From an uncultured delta proteobacterium (GTDB taxonomy: Bacteria; Myxococcota_A; Polyangia; Polyangiales; JAFGIB01), in assembly GCA_963778655.1 (NCBI GenBank), contig CAVZVA010000009.1, forward strand, positions 992,001 through 1,056,000: a stretch of DNA of 64,000 bases. The letters are read 5' to 3'. The position numbers were made by a program, and so were the translations under genes. Every line of letters begins with the position of its first letter. Within the stretch, counting starts at the first letter, position 1. Below are positions 49,403 to 60,147 of the stretch, one piece after another. The notes beneath the pieces are model-generated. The model did not search any database. It was given only the letters and a program-made list of their open reading frames with translations, and had not been told where the DNA came from.

Positions 49403-50629
49403 ATGGCAGTCAAGCTTCCCATCTACATGGACAATGCGGCCACCACCGCCTGCGACCCGCGCGTGGTGCAAGCCATGCTGCCGTACTTTACCGAGAAGTT
49501 CGGCAACGCGGCCAGCCGCAGCCACAGCTTTGGCTGGGAAGCAGAGGAGGCCGTCGACTACGCGCGCGAGCAGGTCGCCAAGCTGATCGGCGCCAAGAGC
49601 GAGAAGGAAATTGCCTTCACCTCGGGCGCCACCGAGAGCGACAACCTCGCGATCAAGGGCGTGGCGAATTTCTATCGCAGCAAGGGCGACCACATCATCA
49701 CCTGCAAGACCGAGCACAAGGCGGTGCTCGACACCTGCAAGCGCCTGGAGCGCTCCGGCTTTCGCGTGACCTACCTCGACCCCGCGCCGGACGGCTCGGT
49801 TTCGCCCGACGACGTCAAGCGCGCGCTGACCGACAAGACCATCCTGGTCAGCCTGATGCTGGCCAACAACGAGATCGGCACGCTGCACCCGATCGCCGAG
49901 ATCGGTAAGGTCACGCGCGAGGCGGGCGTGCTGCTGCACTGCGACGCGGTGCAGGGTGTGGGCAAGGTCGAGTTCGACGTCGACTCGGCCAACGTGGACC
50001 TGTGCAGCATCTCGGCGCACAAGATGTACGGCCCCAAGGGCGTCGGCGCGCTGTATGTGCGGCGCAGCAAGCCGCGCGTGCGGATCGTGGCGGAGATGGA
50101 CGGCGGCGGCCACGAGCGCGGCATGCGCTCGGGCACGCTCAACGTGCCGGGCATCGTCGGCTTCGGCAAGGCGTGCGAGCTGGCGTTGGCCGAGTGGCGG
50201 CAAGACGCGGCGCGCATCCTGGCGCTGCGGCACAGGCTGCAGCACAAGCTCACGGGCGAGCTGGAGGAGGTGGAGCTCAACGGCGCCGACGATCCGCGCC
50301 GCGTGCCCGGCAACCTCAACCTGTCGTTCGCCTTCGTCGAGGGCGAGGCCCTGATGATGGCGATCAAAGACGTTGCGGTCTCGTCGGGCAGCGCCTGCAC
50401 CAGCGCCAGCCTCGAGCCCAGCTACGTGCTGCGCGCCCTGGGCGTGCACGGCGAGCTCGCGCACAGCTCGATCCGGTTCGGCCTGGGCAAGCTCAACACC
50501 GAAGAAGAAGTCGACTACGTGGGCGATCTCGTGGTCGAGCAAGTACGACGGCTACGCGAGATGTCGCCGCTTTACGAGATGCACAAGGAAGGCATCGACA
50601 TCAACACCATCCAGTGGGAGGCCCACTGA
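49403..50629 (+). CDS. iscS: Cysteine desulfurase
   Basis: [54 protein letters not shown]. Confidence 0.98.
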   Translation: MAVKLPIYMDNAATTACDPRVVQAMLPYFTEKFGNAASRSHSFGWEAEEAVDYAREQVAKLIGAKSEKEIAFTSGATESDNLAIKGVANFYRSKGDHIITCKTEHKAVLDTCKRLERSGFRVTYLDPAPDGSVSPDDVKRALTDKTILVSLMLANNEIGTLHPIAEIGKVTREAGVLLHCDAVQGVGKVEFDVDSANVDLCSISAHKMYGPKGVGALYVRRSKPRVRIVAEMDGGGHERGMRSGTLNVPGIVGFGKACELALAEWRQDAARILALRHRLQHKLTGELEEVELNGADDPRRVPGNLNLSFAFVEGEALMMAIKDVAVSSGSACTSASLEPSYVLRALGVHGELAHSSIRFGLGKLNTEEEVDYVGDLVVEQVRRLREMSPLYEMHKEGIDINTIQWEAH

Positions 50630-50662
50630 GCCACGCGGCCCTGACCGCGCACGGGAGATTCC

Positions 50663-51067
50663 ATGGCGTATTCGGACAAGGTCATCGAGCACTACGAGCA
50701 GCCCCGCAACGTCGGCACGCTGGACAAGGAAGACCCGAACGTGGGCACCGGCCTGGTGGGCGCGCCTGCCTGCGGTGACGTGATGCGGCTGCAGATCAAG
50801 GTCAATCCGGAGACCGGCGTGGTCGAGGACGCGAAGTTCAAGACCTTCGGCTGCGGCAGCGCGATCGCCTCCTCGTCGCTGGTGACCGAGTGGGTCAAGG
50901 GCAAGACCTTGGACGAAGCGATGGCGCTCAAGAACTCACAGATCGTCGAGGAGCTCAACCTGCCTCCGGTCAAGATCCACTGTTCGGTGTTGGCGGAGGA
51001 CGCGATCAAGAGCGCCATCGCCGACTTCCGCAAGAAGCAGGGCAGCCGCAAATCGGCCGCCGAGTAA
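50663..51067 (+). CDS. iscU: Fe-S scaffold protein
   Basis: [32 protein letters not shown]. Confidence 0.98.
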   Translation: MAYSDKVIEHYEQPRNVGTLDKEDPNVGTGLVGAPACGDVMRLQIKVNPETGVVEDAKFKTFGCGSAIASSSLVTEWVKGKTLDEAMALKNSQIVEELNLPPVKIHCSVLAEDAIKSAIADFRKKQGSRKSAAE

Positions 51068-51099
51068 ACGCGCACCGCAGCCCCGCCCACGAGCCAGCC

Positions 51100-51519
51100 A
51101 TGAGCCTCGCACCTCGAAGATCAGCCCATCAGCCGGTGAACCCCGCCGAGCACGTGCCCGTCGATCCGCAGAGCTTCGCGGGCGATGGCGCCGAGGTTGT
51201 GCGCTTGACGCCCAAGGCGATCGAGATGGCCAAGCGCGCGCTGCAGAAGCGCGGCACGCCCGAGGGGGCGCTGCGGCTCGGCGTGCGTGGCGGCGGCTGC
51301 TCCGGCGTGAGCTACGCGATCGAGTTCGCCGACAAGATCCGCGAGCGCGACAACGTCTACGACTTCGACGGACTGAGTGTGGTGGTCGACCCCAAGAGCC
51401 TGGTCTACCTGCGCGGGTCGGTGCTGGACTACGAGATCCAGCTGATGCAGCACGGCTTCAAATTCCAGAATCCGAACGAGAAGAGCAGCTGCGGTTGCGG
51501 CGAGTCCTTCTCGGTCTGA
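51100..51519 (+). CDS. iscA: A-type Fe-S carrier
   Basis: GGGCSG and [14 protein letters not shown]. Confidence 0.96.
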   Translation: MSLAPRRSAHQPVNPAEHVPVDPQSFAGDGAEVVRLTPKAIEMAKRALQKRGTPEGALRLGVRGGGCSGVSYAIEFADKIRERDNVYDFDGLSVVVDPKSLVYLRGSVLDYEIQLMQHGFKFQNPNEKSSCGCGESFSV

Positions 51520-51537
51520 TCTGCTCTGGAAACCGCC

Positions 51538-52065
51538 ATGGATCCTTTTTCCACGCTGGGCTTGCCCCGGCGCTACGAGATCGACGTGCAAGAGCTCGAA
51601 CACCGCTACCGGGAGCTGCAGAGGGCGCTCCATCCCGACCGCCACGCAGGGGCGAGCGCGTCGGAGCGGCGCATGAGCCTGCAGAACGCGGTCAGCGTCA
51701 ACGAGGCCTATCGCACGCTCAAGGACGATCTGCGGCGCGCCGAGTCGCTGCTCGCGTTGTGCGCATCCCCCGCCGACTCGGAGCCCGTGCCCGACCAGGA
51801 GTTTCTGCTCGAGGTGATGGAGCTGCGCGAGGCGCTGTCCGAGGCCAAGGCCGCAGGCGACCTGCCGCGAGCGCGCAAGCTGGCGGCCCAGGTGAGCGCG
51901 GCAAAGACGCGGGCGCAAGCGGCGCTGGCCGCGGCTTTTGCCAAGCTGCCCGAGCCGCCGTCGGCAGCGGAGCTTTCGGCCGCGCGCGCCCAGGTCGGCC
52001 GGCTCAAGTACTTCCGGCGCTTCCTCGACGAAGTGGGCGTGATGGAGGAGGAGGCGCTGGGCTGA
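51538..52065 (+). CDS. hscB: Fe-S co-chaperone
   Basis: J-domain with [22 protein letters not shown]. Confidence 0.96.
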   Translation: MDPFSTLGLPRRYEIDVQELEHRYRELQRALHPDRHAGASASERRMSLQNAVSVNEAYRTLKDDLRRAESLLALCASPADSEPVPDQEFLLEVMELREALSEAKAAGDLPRARKLAAQVSAAKTRAQAALAAAFAKLPEPPSAAELSAARAQVGRLKYFRRFLDEVGVMEEEALG

Positions 52066-53978
52066 TGGCCTTGCTGCAGATCGACGACCCGAGCGCGGGG
52101 CCCAGGCCGATCGGCATCGACCTCGGCACCACCAACAGCCTGGTCGCGTATGTGCCGCCGGTCGGCTCGGCTGCGGTGATTCTCGACTGTGACAACGACG
52201 CCTTGCTGCCCTCGGCCGTGCACTACGGTGCGTCCGGCTCGGTGGTGGCCGGTCGCGCGGCGCTGGCGCTGGCGCGCGACTTTCCCCGCGACACCATCGT
52301 CAGTGTCAAGCGCTTCATGGGCCGTGGCGCCGATGATCCCGAGACGCGAAGGCTGGGGCCCTACCGCTTCGCCTCGCAGACCGGCCCGGTGGTGCGCTTC
52401 GAGGTGGCCGGCGAGCGCGTGGTGACGCCGGTCGAGGTCAGCGCCGAGATTCTGCGCGCGCTCAAGCAACGCGCGCAGGACGAGATCGGCCCGGTCGGCG
52501 GCGCTGTGATCACGGTGCCGGCCTATTTCGACGATGCGCAGCGTCAGGCCACCAAGGACGCGGGCAAGCTCGCTGGCCTGCAGGTGCTGCGCCTGCTCAA
52601 CGAGCCCACGGCCGCGGCGTTGGCCTACGGCCTGGAGAGCCGCCGCAACGGCACGTTCGCGGTCTATGACCTCGGCGGCGGCACCTTCGATGTAACCGTG
52701 CTGGTGCTGGACGACGGCGTGTTTCAGGTGCGCTCGACCGGGGGCGACAGCCAGCTCGGCGGCGACGACATGGACCGGTTGCTCGCCGAGACGCTGCTGC
52801 GTGAGCTGGGCGAAGGCGCGCGAGCCGCGGCGGAACCCGAGCTGGTGCGGGTGATGCTGGACGCGGCGCGCGCGATCAAGCACGCGCTGAGCGAGCGCGA
52901 CGTGGTCGAGGCCGAGATCGAGCTGCCCGGCGGTGGCACGCACCGAAGGGGCGTGAGCCGCGACGAGCTCGAGCGCATGGTGCAGCCGCTGCTGGACCGC
53001 ACCGGCAACGCGTGCCGGCGCGCGCTGCGCGACGCGGGTCTGCAAGCCTCGGAGCTCGACGGGGTGATCCTGGTGGGGGGCGCCACGCGCATGCCGGGCG
53101 TCAGGCACTACGTGAGCGAGCTGTTCGGCCGGCCGCTGCTCGACGGCATCGATCCGGAGCAGGTGGTGGCGGTCGGCGCGGCGATTCAGGCCGACGTGCT
53201 GGCGGGCCAGGCGCCGAGCGAGCAGGTGCTGCTGCTCGACGTGCTGCCGCTCTCGCTCGGCATCGAAGCGATGGGCGGCGTGGTCGAGAAGATCCTGCCG
53301 CGCAACAGCGCCATTCCCGCGGCCGCGGCCCAGGTGTTCACCACCTACGCCGACAACCAGACCGGTTTCGAGCTGCACGTGGTGCAGGGCGAGCGCGAGA
53401 CCGCGGAGGACTGCCGCTCGCTGGCGCGCTTCACCCTACGCGGCATCCCGCCCATGCCGGCGGGCATGGCGCGGTTGCAGGTGCGCTTCGAGGTCGACAC
53501 CGACGCGCTCTTGCACGTGACCGCCAAGGAGCTGGTGACCGGCATCGAGCAGCAGGTCGAGGTCAAGCCCAGCTACGGCCTCGGCGACGAGGAGATCGAG
53601 CGCATGCTGCTCGACGCCTACGACCACGCCGAGGGCGACGTGACTGCGCGCGCGCTGCGCGAGGAGCGAGTCGAGGCCCGCCGCATGCTGGCGGCGACCG
53701 AAGGCGCATTGGATCGCGACGCAGCCCTGCTCGAACCCGGCGAACGCGCGCAGATCGAGCGCGCGATGCAGGCGCTGCGCGCGGCGGCCGCTGGCGAAGA
53801 TCACCGCGCGATCCACGCGCGCGTGGACGACCTCGACCACATCTGCCGGCCCTTTGCCGGGCGCCGAATGGACGCGAGCATCCGCCGGGCGCTGTCGGGC
53901 CGCACCGTGGAGGACGTGGAACGCGAGACCGCGCACGCCCGGGGCATCGAGGGTCATCTCGGCTCGGGTCAGGAGTGA
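52065..53978 (+). CDS. hscA: Fe-S chaperone (Hsp70)
   Basis: MALLQI start, [36 protein letters not shown]. Confidence 0.96.
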   Translation: MALLQIDDPSAGPRPIGIDLGTTNSLVAYVPPVGSAAVILDCDNDALLPSAVHYGASGSVVAGRAALALARDFPRDTIVSVKRFMGRGADDPETRRLGPYRFASQTGPVVRFEVAGERVVTPVEVSAEILRALKQRAQDEIGPVGGAVITVPAYFDDAQRQATKDAGKLAGLQVLRLLNEPTAAALAYGLESRRNGTFAVYDLGGGTFDVTVLVLDDGVFQVRSTGGDSQLGGDDMDRLLAETLLRELGEGARAAAEPELVRVMLDAARAIKHALSERDVVEAEIELPGGGTHRRGVSRDELERMVQPLLDRTGNACRRALRDAGLQASELDGVILVGGATRMPGVRHYVSELFGRPLLDGIDPEQVVAVGAAIQADVLAGQAPSEQVLLLDVLPLSLGIEAMGGVVEKILPRNSAIPAAAAQVFTTYADNQTGFELHVVQGERETAEDCRSLARFTLRGIPPMPAGMARLQVRFEVDTDALLHVTAKELVTGIEQQVEVKPSYGLGDEEIERMLLDAYDHAEGDVTARALREERVEARRMLAATEGALDRDAALLEPGERAQIERAMQALRAAAAGEDHRAIHARVDDLDHICRPFAGRRMDASIRRALSGRTVEDVERETAHARGIEGHLGSGQE

Positions 53979-53981
53979 GCG

Positions 53982-54383
53982 ATGCCGAAGGTGCGCTTTC
54001 TCAAGGAGAAGCTGGAGGTCGAGGTGCCGGACGGGACCAGCATCCTTGAGGCATCGCGGCTGTGTGGCGCGCCCGAGGGCGACCGCTGCGGCGGCGTGTG
54101 CGCGTGCTCGACCTGCCACGTGTACGTGGTGCGGGGGCTCGACGCGACCTCCGAGATCGAAGACGAGGAGGCGGACATCCTCGACAAGGCGTTCGACGTG
54201 CGCATGGAGTCGCGCTTGGGCTGCCAGGCCAAGATCCACGGCGACCTGGACGTGGTGATCAGCGACGAGAGCTTCAGCGCGTTTCTCGACGAGCACCCCG
54301 ACCGCGCCGCGCACGCCAAAGAGGTGCGCGCCGCTGCCGAACGCACCGACGCGACGCCCGAGGCGGGCGCCGAGCGCGACTGA
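53982..54383 (+). CDS. fdx: ISC-type 2Fe-2S ferredoxin
   Basis: CGGVCACSTCH ... SRLGCQ. Confidence 0.94.
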   Translation: MPKVRFLKEKLEVEVPDGTSILEASRLCGAPEGDRCGGVCACSTCHVYVVRGLDATSEIEDEEADILDKAFDVRMESRLGCQAKIHGDLDVVISDESFSAFLDEHPDRAAHAKEVRAAAERTDATPEAGAERD

Positions 54384-54390
54384 GCGCCGG

Positions 54391-55701
54391 CTATTTGGGC
54401 GCGGGCGGGGTAGGGCCGTCTCCCGCGGCCTTCTCGGCCGGGTCCTGCGTGCCGGCCGCATCCTGCTCGGCCTGCTTGGCGCGCAGCGCCTTGGCGATGT
54501 CGTGGCGGTGCGTCTCGAAGGTCTTGCGCATCGCCATGCCGGCCTTGCCCAGCAGCGCCTGCTTGTTGTCCGTGTACCAGGTGAGCGAGGCGTCGCGCCA
54601 GGCGTTGGTCTGATCGAGCACGGGCAGCACGTGGCGCGCGAACAGCTCGTAGCTCTTCTTGGTGCGTTCGAAGCTCGCCCAGTTGTGCGCAAGCAACAGA
54701 TAACAGCCGAAGCCGCCGCTCTTTTCGCGCAGGCGCGCGAGCTGGCGCACCGCGTCCTCGGGCGTGCCGATCACCGCGCGACCCGACTCCACCATGGCCT
54801 GCGCGGGATTGCGCGCCGATAGGTCGTCGCCGGCCGCGGTCGGATTGACGCGGCCGAAGTAGTCGATCCACTTCTGCAGCCCGTATTCCACGTCGGCGAG
54901 CGCTTGCTCGCGTGTCTCGGCCAGGTGCATGGGCCCCACCAAGCGCAGCGCGCGCCGGTCCATGCGGTGGCCGTGCTCGCGTGCGACCTCGCAGGCGATG
55001 CGCCAGTTGGTGTCGAGCACGTCGTAGCCCTGCACTTGCGTGGCAGCCACGCACAGCAACCCGAGCTCGTGCTTGCCCGCGAGCTTGGCGCCCGAGGGCG
55101 TGATTGTGCTGGCCACCGCGAGCTCGGGCCGCGGCCACGTGAAGGGCCGCAGCTGGCAACGCGCGTTCTTGAGCGTGAACCACTCGCACTGGTAGTCGAT
55201 GGTCTCACCCGCGAGCAGGCGCACGATGACGTCGAGGGCCTCGGCCATGCGCTCGCGCTGCGCGCTGACCGGGACGCCGAGCATTTCGGCGTCGGTGGGC
55301 AGCAGCCCGGGGCCCACGCCCACCATCACCCGGCCGCGCGTCATGTGATCCAGCTGGATGATGCGGTCGGCCACCATCAGCGGATGGTGATAGGGCAGCG
55401 AGATCACGCCGGTGCCGAGCCGGATGCGCCGCGTGCGCTCGGCCGCAGCGGCGATGAACAGCTCGGGCGAGGCGATGATCTCGTAGCCAGCGGAGTGGTG
55501 CTCGCCGATCCACGCCTCGTCGAACCCGAGCCGGTCGAGGTGCTCGACCAACTCGAGGTCGCGCTGGATCGCCAGGGTAGGGTCCTCGTCGACAGGGTGA
55601 AACGGCGCCAGAAAGATGCCGGCGCGTAATCGCCCGCCCGGCTGTGGGGCGGCCGGCGCGGGCGCCTGCTCGCGGTCACTGCTCTGTGATGGCTCGGACA
55701 T
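54391..55701 (-). CDS. LLM-class (luciferase-like) flavin monooxygenase
   Basis: GIFLAPFHP, GFDEAWIGEHHS, IRLGTGVISLPYHHP, LDHMTRGR. Confidence 0.92.
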   Translation of the reverse strand: MSEPSQSSDREQAPAPAAPQPGGRLRAGIFLAPFHPVDEDPTLAIQRDLELVEHLDRLGFDEAWIGEHHSAGYEIIASPELFIAAAAERTRRIRLGTGVISLPYHHPLMVADRIIQLDHMTRGRVMVGVGPGLLPTDAEMLGVPVSAQRERMAEALDVIVRLLAGETIDYQCEWFTLKNARCQLRPFTWPRPELAVASTITPSGAKLAGKHELGLLCVAATQVQGYDVLDTNWRIACEVAREHGHRMDRRALRLVGPMHLAETREQALADVEYGLQKWIDYFGRVNPTAAGDDLSARNPAQAMVESGRAVIGTPEDAVRQLARLREKSGGFGCYLLLAHNWASFERTKKSYELFARHVLPVLDQTNAWRDASLTWYTDNKQALLGKAGMAMRKTFETHRHDIAKALRAKQAEQDAAGTQDPAEKAAGDGPTPPAPK

Positions 55702-55921
55702 CGGCTCTCCGGTTGACGAGGCGTGGTTTTGCGAGCGGGTCCCGGCGCGGACCATGCCACCGATCTCGAGTTTAATTCAAGTCGCAGGCATTCCGGCCCC
55801 GCGGCCGCGCGGTTGCCCCGGTGCCGGCAAGCGAGCTTCGGGGCGCCCTTGCGTTTGTCCGAATTGTCGGCTAAATCCCGGTGCTTACGAGCAGGCGGCT
55901 GCTTCTTCCGCCGGCTCGCAC

Positions 55922-55995
55922 GGGCGGTTAGCTCAGCTGGATAGAGCGTCGGCCTCCGGAGCCGAAGGTCACGCGTTCGAATCGCGTACCGCCCG
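55922..55995 (+). tRNA. tRNA-Arg (anticodon CCG); CCA not encoded
   Basis: Cloverleaf: GGGCGGT/ACCGCCC acceptor stem, GCTC/GAGC D-stem, TCGGC-CTCCGGA-GCCGA anticodon arm, ACGCG-TTCGAAT-CGCGT T-arm. Confidence 0.97.
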
Positions 55996-56435
55996 CGATT
56001 TCAATCGATCCGCTCAGCGCCGGGGGGCGGGGGCTGATCGCGCTCTGCCGCGAGCCACGCGCTCGCATGCGGGGCGTCTTGCACAAGACTCAAAATCCGT
56101 ACCCGAGCCGCCGAGAGTCGGGAGTAATGGCGATTGCGATTTGTTTTCGCAGAACGGTGAGCAAAGCGCGCTCGGATCGAATTCAAAGGCCCTGGAACAC
56201 CAGCTCGCCTTCCGCTAGATTCTTCGGGGTGGTTGGTCTCCATGCAATGGCGCTCGAGGTGTGCCCCTGTACGGGCTTGCGACCGGCTTCCGCGCGGTGT
56301 TATCAGACCGTGCGGTGCCGTCTGGGTGCTGGCCGCGAATGGATGGGGCCATGGGTGAGAGGGAGGGCCGGCCGCTCTGGATGATGACTCGAGGCGTGCC
56401 CGCGTGGACGCGCGCGTGGCTCTCGGACTGACGTG

Positions 56436-57149
56436 ATGTTCGACGACTTCTGCCCCAGCAAGACGAGCCTCCAATCGCGCAAGCGGTTCCGTGGATCGAT
56501 GGCCGCGGCCGTCGTCATCTACACCAGCTCGTTCGCGGCCGTAGTGGCCGCGACGGCCACCGTGCACAAGGTCGTCGAAGAGAAGCTGACCCAGGTCGAG
56601 TTCGCGCCTCCTCCGCCTCCTCCCCCTCCGCCTCCTCCGCCTCCGGTGCAGGCAGCGCCACCTCCGCCCCGGCCGCGACCCAAGGTGAAGCGACCGGAGC
56701 TCGCGCCGCCCGACGAGGTGCCGGAGGAGAAACCCGAGGAGTCGGACAAGCCGCTCGCGGACGTGGATCCCGCCGGTCCTGCCGACGGCTTTCTCGACGG
56801 CGTCGAGGGCGGCACTGGAACCGCTCCGGCTCCGCCTCCGCCTCCGCCTCCCCCGCCGCCCAAGATCGCGCCCCTCATGCCGGCACTTCCAATCGCCGGC
56901 AACAGCTACAAGCCCAAGTATTCAGCGAGCATCCGCCGCAAGGGGATCGAAGGCACCGTGGTGATCACATTCGACGTGTTGGAGGACGGGAGCGTCGCGA
57001 ACGTCCAGGCGCTGAGCGGCCCCGAAGAGCTGCGCGAGGCCGTGGTCAAGGCAGCTCGTTCCTGGCGCTTTCAGCCCGCGCGCCGCGGCAACCAGCGCGT
57101 GCGCTATCGCATGAAGAAGACGGTGGTCTTTCGTCTGGAAGACGCGTGA
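56436..57149 (+). CDS. tonB: TonB family energy transducer
   Basis: TM helix, poly-Pro linker, C-terminal GIEGTVVITFDV..DGSV..WRFQPA. Confidence 0.9.
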   Translation: MFDDFCPSKTSLQSRKRFRGSMAAAVVIYTSSFAAVVAATATVHKVVEEKLTQVEFAPPPPPPPPPPPPPVQAAPPPPRPRPKVKRPELAPPDEVPEEKPEESDKPLADVDPAGPADGFLDGVEGGTGTAPAPPPPPPPPPPKIAPLMPALPIAGNSYKPKYSASIRRKGIEGTVVITFDVLEDGSVANVQALSGPEELREAVVKAARSWRFQPARRGNQRVRYRMKKTVVFRLEDA

Positions 57150-57211
57150 GGACTTGATCGAACGCTGCACCGCGCTGCGGGCGGCAGAATGCCGTAAGGA
57201 GAAGGTCAGGG

Positions 57212-57943
57212 ATGCAAATCAATCTCATCGAGCTTTGGCACACCATGGGCTTGCCCGTGCGCTGTGTCGTCGTCCTGCTCAGCATTCAGGCGGTCGCGTG
57301 CGTGGCGGTGGTGATCGACCGCTTGTTGGTGCTGGCCAGCTCCTCGACCCGGGCCCGCGGCTTCGCCGCTGCGGTGCAACCCGCGATGCAGGCCGGTGAC
57401 TACGAGCGCGTGCTGGCGGAGGTCAGCGGGGTCAAGGCCAATCACCTCGCCGCCTACCTGGAGCTTGGCCTGCGCACGTTTCTCACGCGTCGTGCCGCGG
57501 GCGACGGTCTCGAGCGCGCCGCCGAGTTGACGCGCCGCGCGCTCGAGCGCAAGGGCGACGCGATCAGTCGCGACATGAACCGCGGCATGAACATCCTGGC
57601 GTCCACCGGCTCGACCGCTCCCTTCGTGGGCCTGCTCGGAACCGTGCTGGGCATCATCAACGCGTTCAAGCTGATCTCGGCCACCGGCTCAGGCGGCATC
57701 GGCACCATCGGCGCGGCCATCGCCGAAGCGCTGGTGGTGACCGGCTACGGATTGACCGTGGCCATCCCGTCGGTCTTGCTGTTCAACTGGATCTCCTATC
57801 GCATCTCGATCTACGAGGCCGGTCTGCTCAACGCCGGTAGCGAGCTGGTGGACCAGATGGAGACCGGCGGAGGCGCCACGGCCAGCCGCGGGCAGACAGC
57901 AGACGGGCGCTCGGTGGCCCGCGCAGCCGCGGTGACGGGCTGA
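57212..57943 (+). CDS. exbB: MotA/TolQ/ExbB proton channel
   Basis: LASTGSTAPFVGLLGTVLGI, IAEALVVTGYGL.VAIP. Confidence 0.92.
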   Translation: MQINLIELWHTMGLPVRCVVVLLSIQAVACVAVVIDRLLVLASSSTRARGFAAAVQPAMQAGDYERVLAEVSGVKANHLAAYLELGLRTFLTRRAAGDGLERAAELTRRALERKGDAISRDMNRGMNILASTGSTAPFVGLLGTVLGIINAFKLISATGSGGIGTIGAAIAEALVVTGYGLTVAIPSVLLFNWISYRISIYEAGLLNAGSELVDQMETGGGATASRGQTADGRSVARAAAVTG

Positions 57944-57945
57944 GC

Positions 57946-58377
57946 ATGCGCCAGCTGTCGCGCGCCGCGTTCCGGCCGGTGCCGGTCATGAACGTCACGC
58001 CGCTGGTCGACGTGGTGTTGGTGCTGCTCATCATCTTCATGGTGGTGATTCCGATGATGGAGAAGTCCCACGTGGTGCTGCCGAGCATCTTCAACGTCGA
58101 TCCCGACGCCAAGAGCAAGACCGACCCCTTCACGCTGTCGCTCACCTCCGACGGCGGCATGTATTTCGAGCGCGACCGGCTGGAGCCGGACGAATTCATG
58201 GCCAAGCTGCGCGCGGCCAACCAGCGCGAGCCGCAACGGCGCCTGGTGCTACGCGCCGATCACGCCGCCCACTACGGTGACGTGCGCAAGCTGTTCAAGC
58301 TTTGCCAGGAGATCGGGTTTCCCGGCATCTCGCTGCGCGTCAACGAGCGCAAGGACGCCGCGCACCCGACGCATTGA
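57946..58377 (+). CDS. exbD: ExbD/TolR protein
   Basis: MNVTPLVDVVLVLLIIFMV; LRAD..YG. Confidence 0.92.
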   Translation: MRQLSRAAFRPVPVMNVTPLVDVVLVLLIIFMVVIPMMEKSHVVLPSIFNVDPDAKSKTDPFTLSLTSDGGMYFERDRLEPDEFMAKLRAANQREPQRRLVLRADHAAHYGDVRKLFKLCQEIGFPGISLRVNERKDAAHPTH

Positions 58378-58389
58378 ACGGAGTGACCG

Positions 58390-58824
58390 ATGGCGATGGA
58401 TCTGGGACAGAAGGGCAGCAAGCCGGGGCGCGCGAAGCCGAATATGAACGTCACGCCGCTGGTCGACGTCGTGCTCGTCCTGCTGATCATCTTCATGGTG
58501 ATCACGCCGCTGCTCGCCAAGCAGTTCTGGATCAATCTGCCCAACAAGGTGGAGAAGCAGCCGCCGGACACGCCCGACAAGGATCAGCCGATCGTGGTGA
58601 GCGTGACCAAGAGTGGCGACATCAAGATCAACCGCGAGGTGGTGGCCAAGGACCAGTTCTCCGCCAAGTTGCACCGGGTGCTGGCGGCGCGCCAGCAGCG
58701 TACGGTGTTCTTTGACGCCGACGACGACGCGGAGTTCGGGCCCGCGGTCGAAGCCATGGACCTCGCGCGCGGGGGCGGCGCCACCACCATCGCGGTGCTG
58801 ACCGATGCGCTAGCCAAGCACTGA
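58390..58824 (+). CDS. exbD: ExbD/TolR protein (second copy)
   Basis: PNMNVTPLVDVVLVLLIIFMVITP. Confidence 0.92.
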   Translation: MAMDLGQKGSKPGRAKPNMNVTPLVDVVLVLLIIFMVITPLLAKQFWINLPNKVEKQPPDTPDKDQPIVVSVTKSGDIKINREVVAKDQFSAKLHRVLAARQQRTVFFDADDDAEFGPAVEAMDLARGGGATTIAVLTDALAKH

Positions 58825-58846
58825 GCGCCGGCAGCGGCGGCGCTCA
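58822..58846. terminator. Possible hairpin between convergent genes
   Basis: tgagcgccg-gcagcgg-cggcgctca, a 9-bp stem spanning both stop codons; no clear U-tract. Confidence 0.35.
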
Positions 58847-59890
58847 CTTCTTCCAGTACGCCAGCTGCTCTTTGTCCGCGTACTTGAGGGCGATCTTCTC
58901 GGCCTTGTCCACCAGCGCCTGGGTGTAGATGCGCCCGACCAGACGGCGCCGCAGCTGGCGGCCAGCTTCCCACCACTCTCCCGGGTCCTCGGCCTTGACG
59001 GCGGTGTAGCCGCGCTTGAGCAGGCGACTGAAGATCTTGTCGTCTTCCTTGCGGATCTCGACCTGGTTGTCGTGCGCCTGCTCGCTCACGATTTGCGTCA
59101 TGCCCTTCTTGCCCGACTCCGGCAGCGGCTCCCACGCGGGGCGCCGGATCACGACCGCGCCGTTGATGAAGCCCAGGCCCTGCGCCGAGACGAAGCTGGC
59201 GGTGCGGTGCCACTGCAGCGCGGCCGCCAGCGCAGAGGTCGACCAGAACGTGTCGATCATGCCCGTCTGCATGCCGCCGTACACCTCGGCGAGGCTGAGC
59301 GGCACGCCAGTGGCGCCGATCTCTCGGTAGAACTCCTTGAGCATCTCGCTGGCCGGGTAGAGCCAGGGCCGCGACGACTTGAGGTCGCTGACTTTCGAGA
59401 TCTTGTGCTTCGAGAACAGCCGCAGCCGGCCGACGTCGCCCCACACCAGGGTCTTGAAGCCGTTGCGGTAGGCTTCCTCGTCGAACTGCGGTGTGAGCGC
59501 GGCGCGCACGGCATCGACCTGCTCGTAGTTGCGGAAGAGCCCGGGGGTCTGCAGCACCAGGCACTCGCGTACGAACTGACTGAGCACATCGAGCCCGAGC
59601 GGGCTGCCATCGATCTGGCCCATGCGCATCTTGCGCAAGACGTCCTGCTCGTCGCCGGCCGCGCCGCCCCAGTAGACGCGCACCTGGACCTGGTTGTCGG
59701 TCATTTCGGCCAGGCGCTTGTTGTATTTTTTTTCCTCGACTGCAAGCTTCGGGGTTCGAGGGACAATCAACGCGAACTTGAGCATGGTCCGCTCGCCGGC
59801 TGCGACCTTCCGCACGCCCGGCATCACGCCCAATGCGAGCGCGAGCACGCACATCCACAGCCACTGTCGCGTCGACACCACTCTCCTCAT
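58844..59890 (-). CDS. TRAP transporter substrate-binding protein (DctP family)
   Basis: LKFALIVP, YWGGAAGDEQDVLRKMRMGQID, GATGVPLSLAEVYGGMQTGMID. Confidence 0.9.
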   Translation of the reverse strand: MRRVVSTRQWLWMCVLALALGVMPGVRKVAAGERTMLKFALIVPRTPKLAVEEKKYNKRLAEMTDNQVQVRVYWGGAAGDEQDVLRKMRMGQIDGSPLGLDVLSQFVRECLVLQTPGLFRNYEQVDAVRAALTPQFDEEAYRNGFKTLVWGDVGRLRLFSKHKISKVSDLKSSRPWLYPASEMLKEFYREIGATGVPLSLAEVYGGMQTGMIDTFWSTSALAAALQWHRTASFVSAQGLGFINGAVVIRRPAWEPLPESGKKGMTQIVSEQAHDNQVEIRKEDDKIFSRLLKRGYTAVKAEDPGEWWEAGRQLRRRLVGRIYTQALVDKAEKIALKYADKEQLAYWKK

Positions 59891-60147
59891 CGTTGAACCC
59901 TCCGAGCTTGGACGGCCAAGGGTATGGCCGATTCAGCGGCCTTGGGTATTTGGCACATCCGTAGGGGGTTGTACAGCGCGGCCGATCGCCGGTCGCTGGG
60001 GTGCTGCGCGCTACGCGGGCGTCGGGTGCCGAGGTTAGCGATATGCCCGCTGCTGTGCGCCGGCGTCCGCGTCTGGCGCGTGGCGCGTGTGCAGCGGCCG
60101 GGTGCCGCAGCGTCTCGTCACGCGCGCAAGCGCAGCGCGTTCATCGC

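Noticed and set aside
55922..56430. tRNA-Arg as an integration site
   Set aside because: I found no integrase and no duplicated tRNA 3' end in the window.
56605..56860. cctccg tandem repeats
   Set aside because: They encode the ordinary poly-proline linker of TonB.
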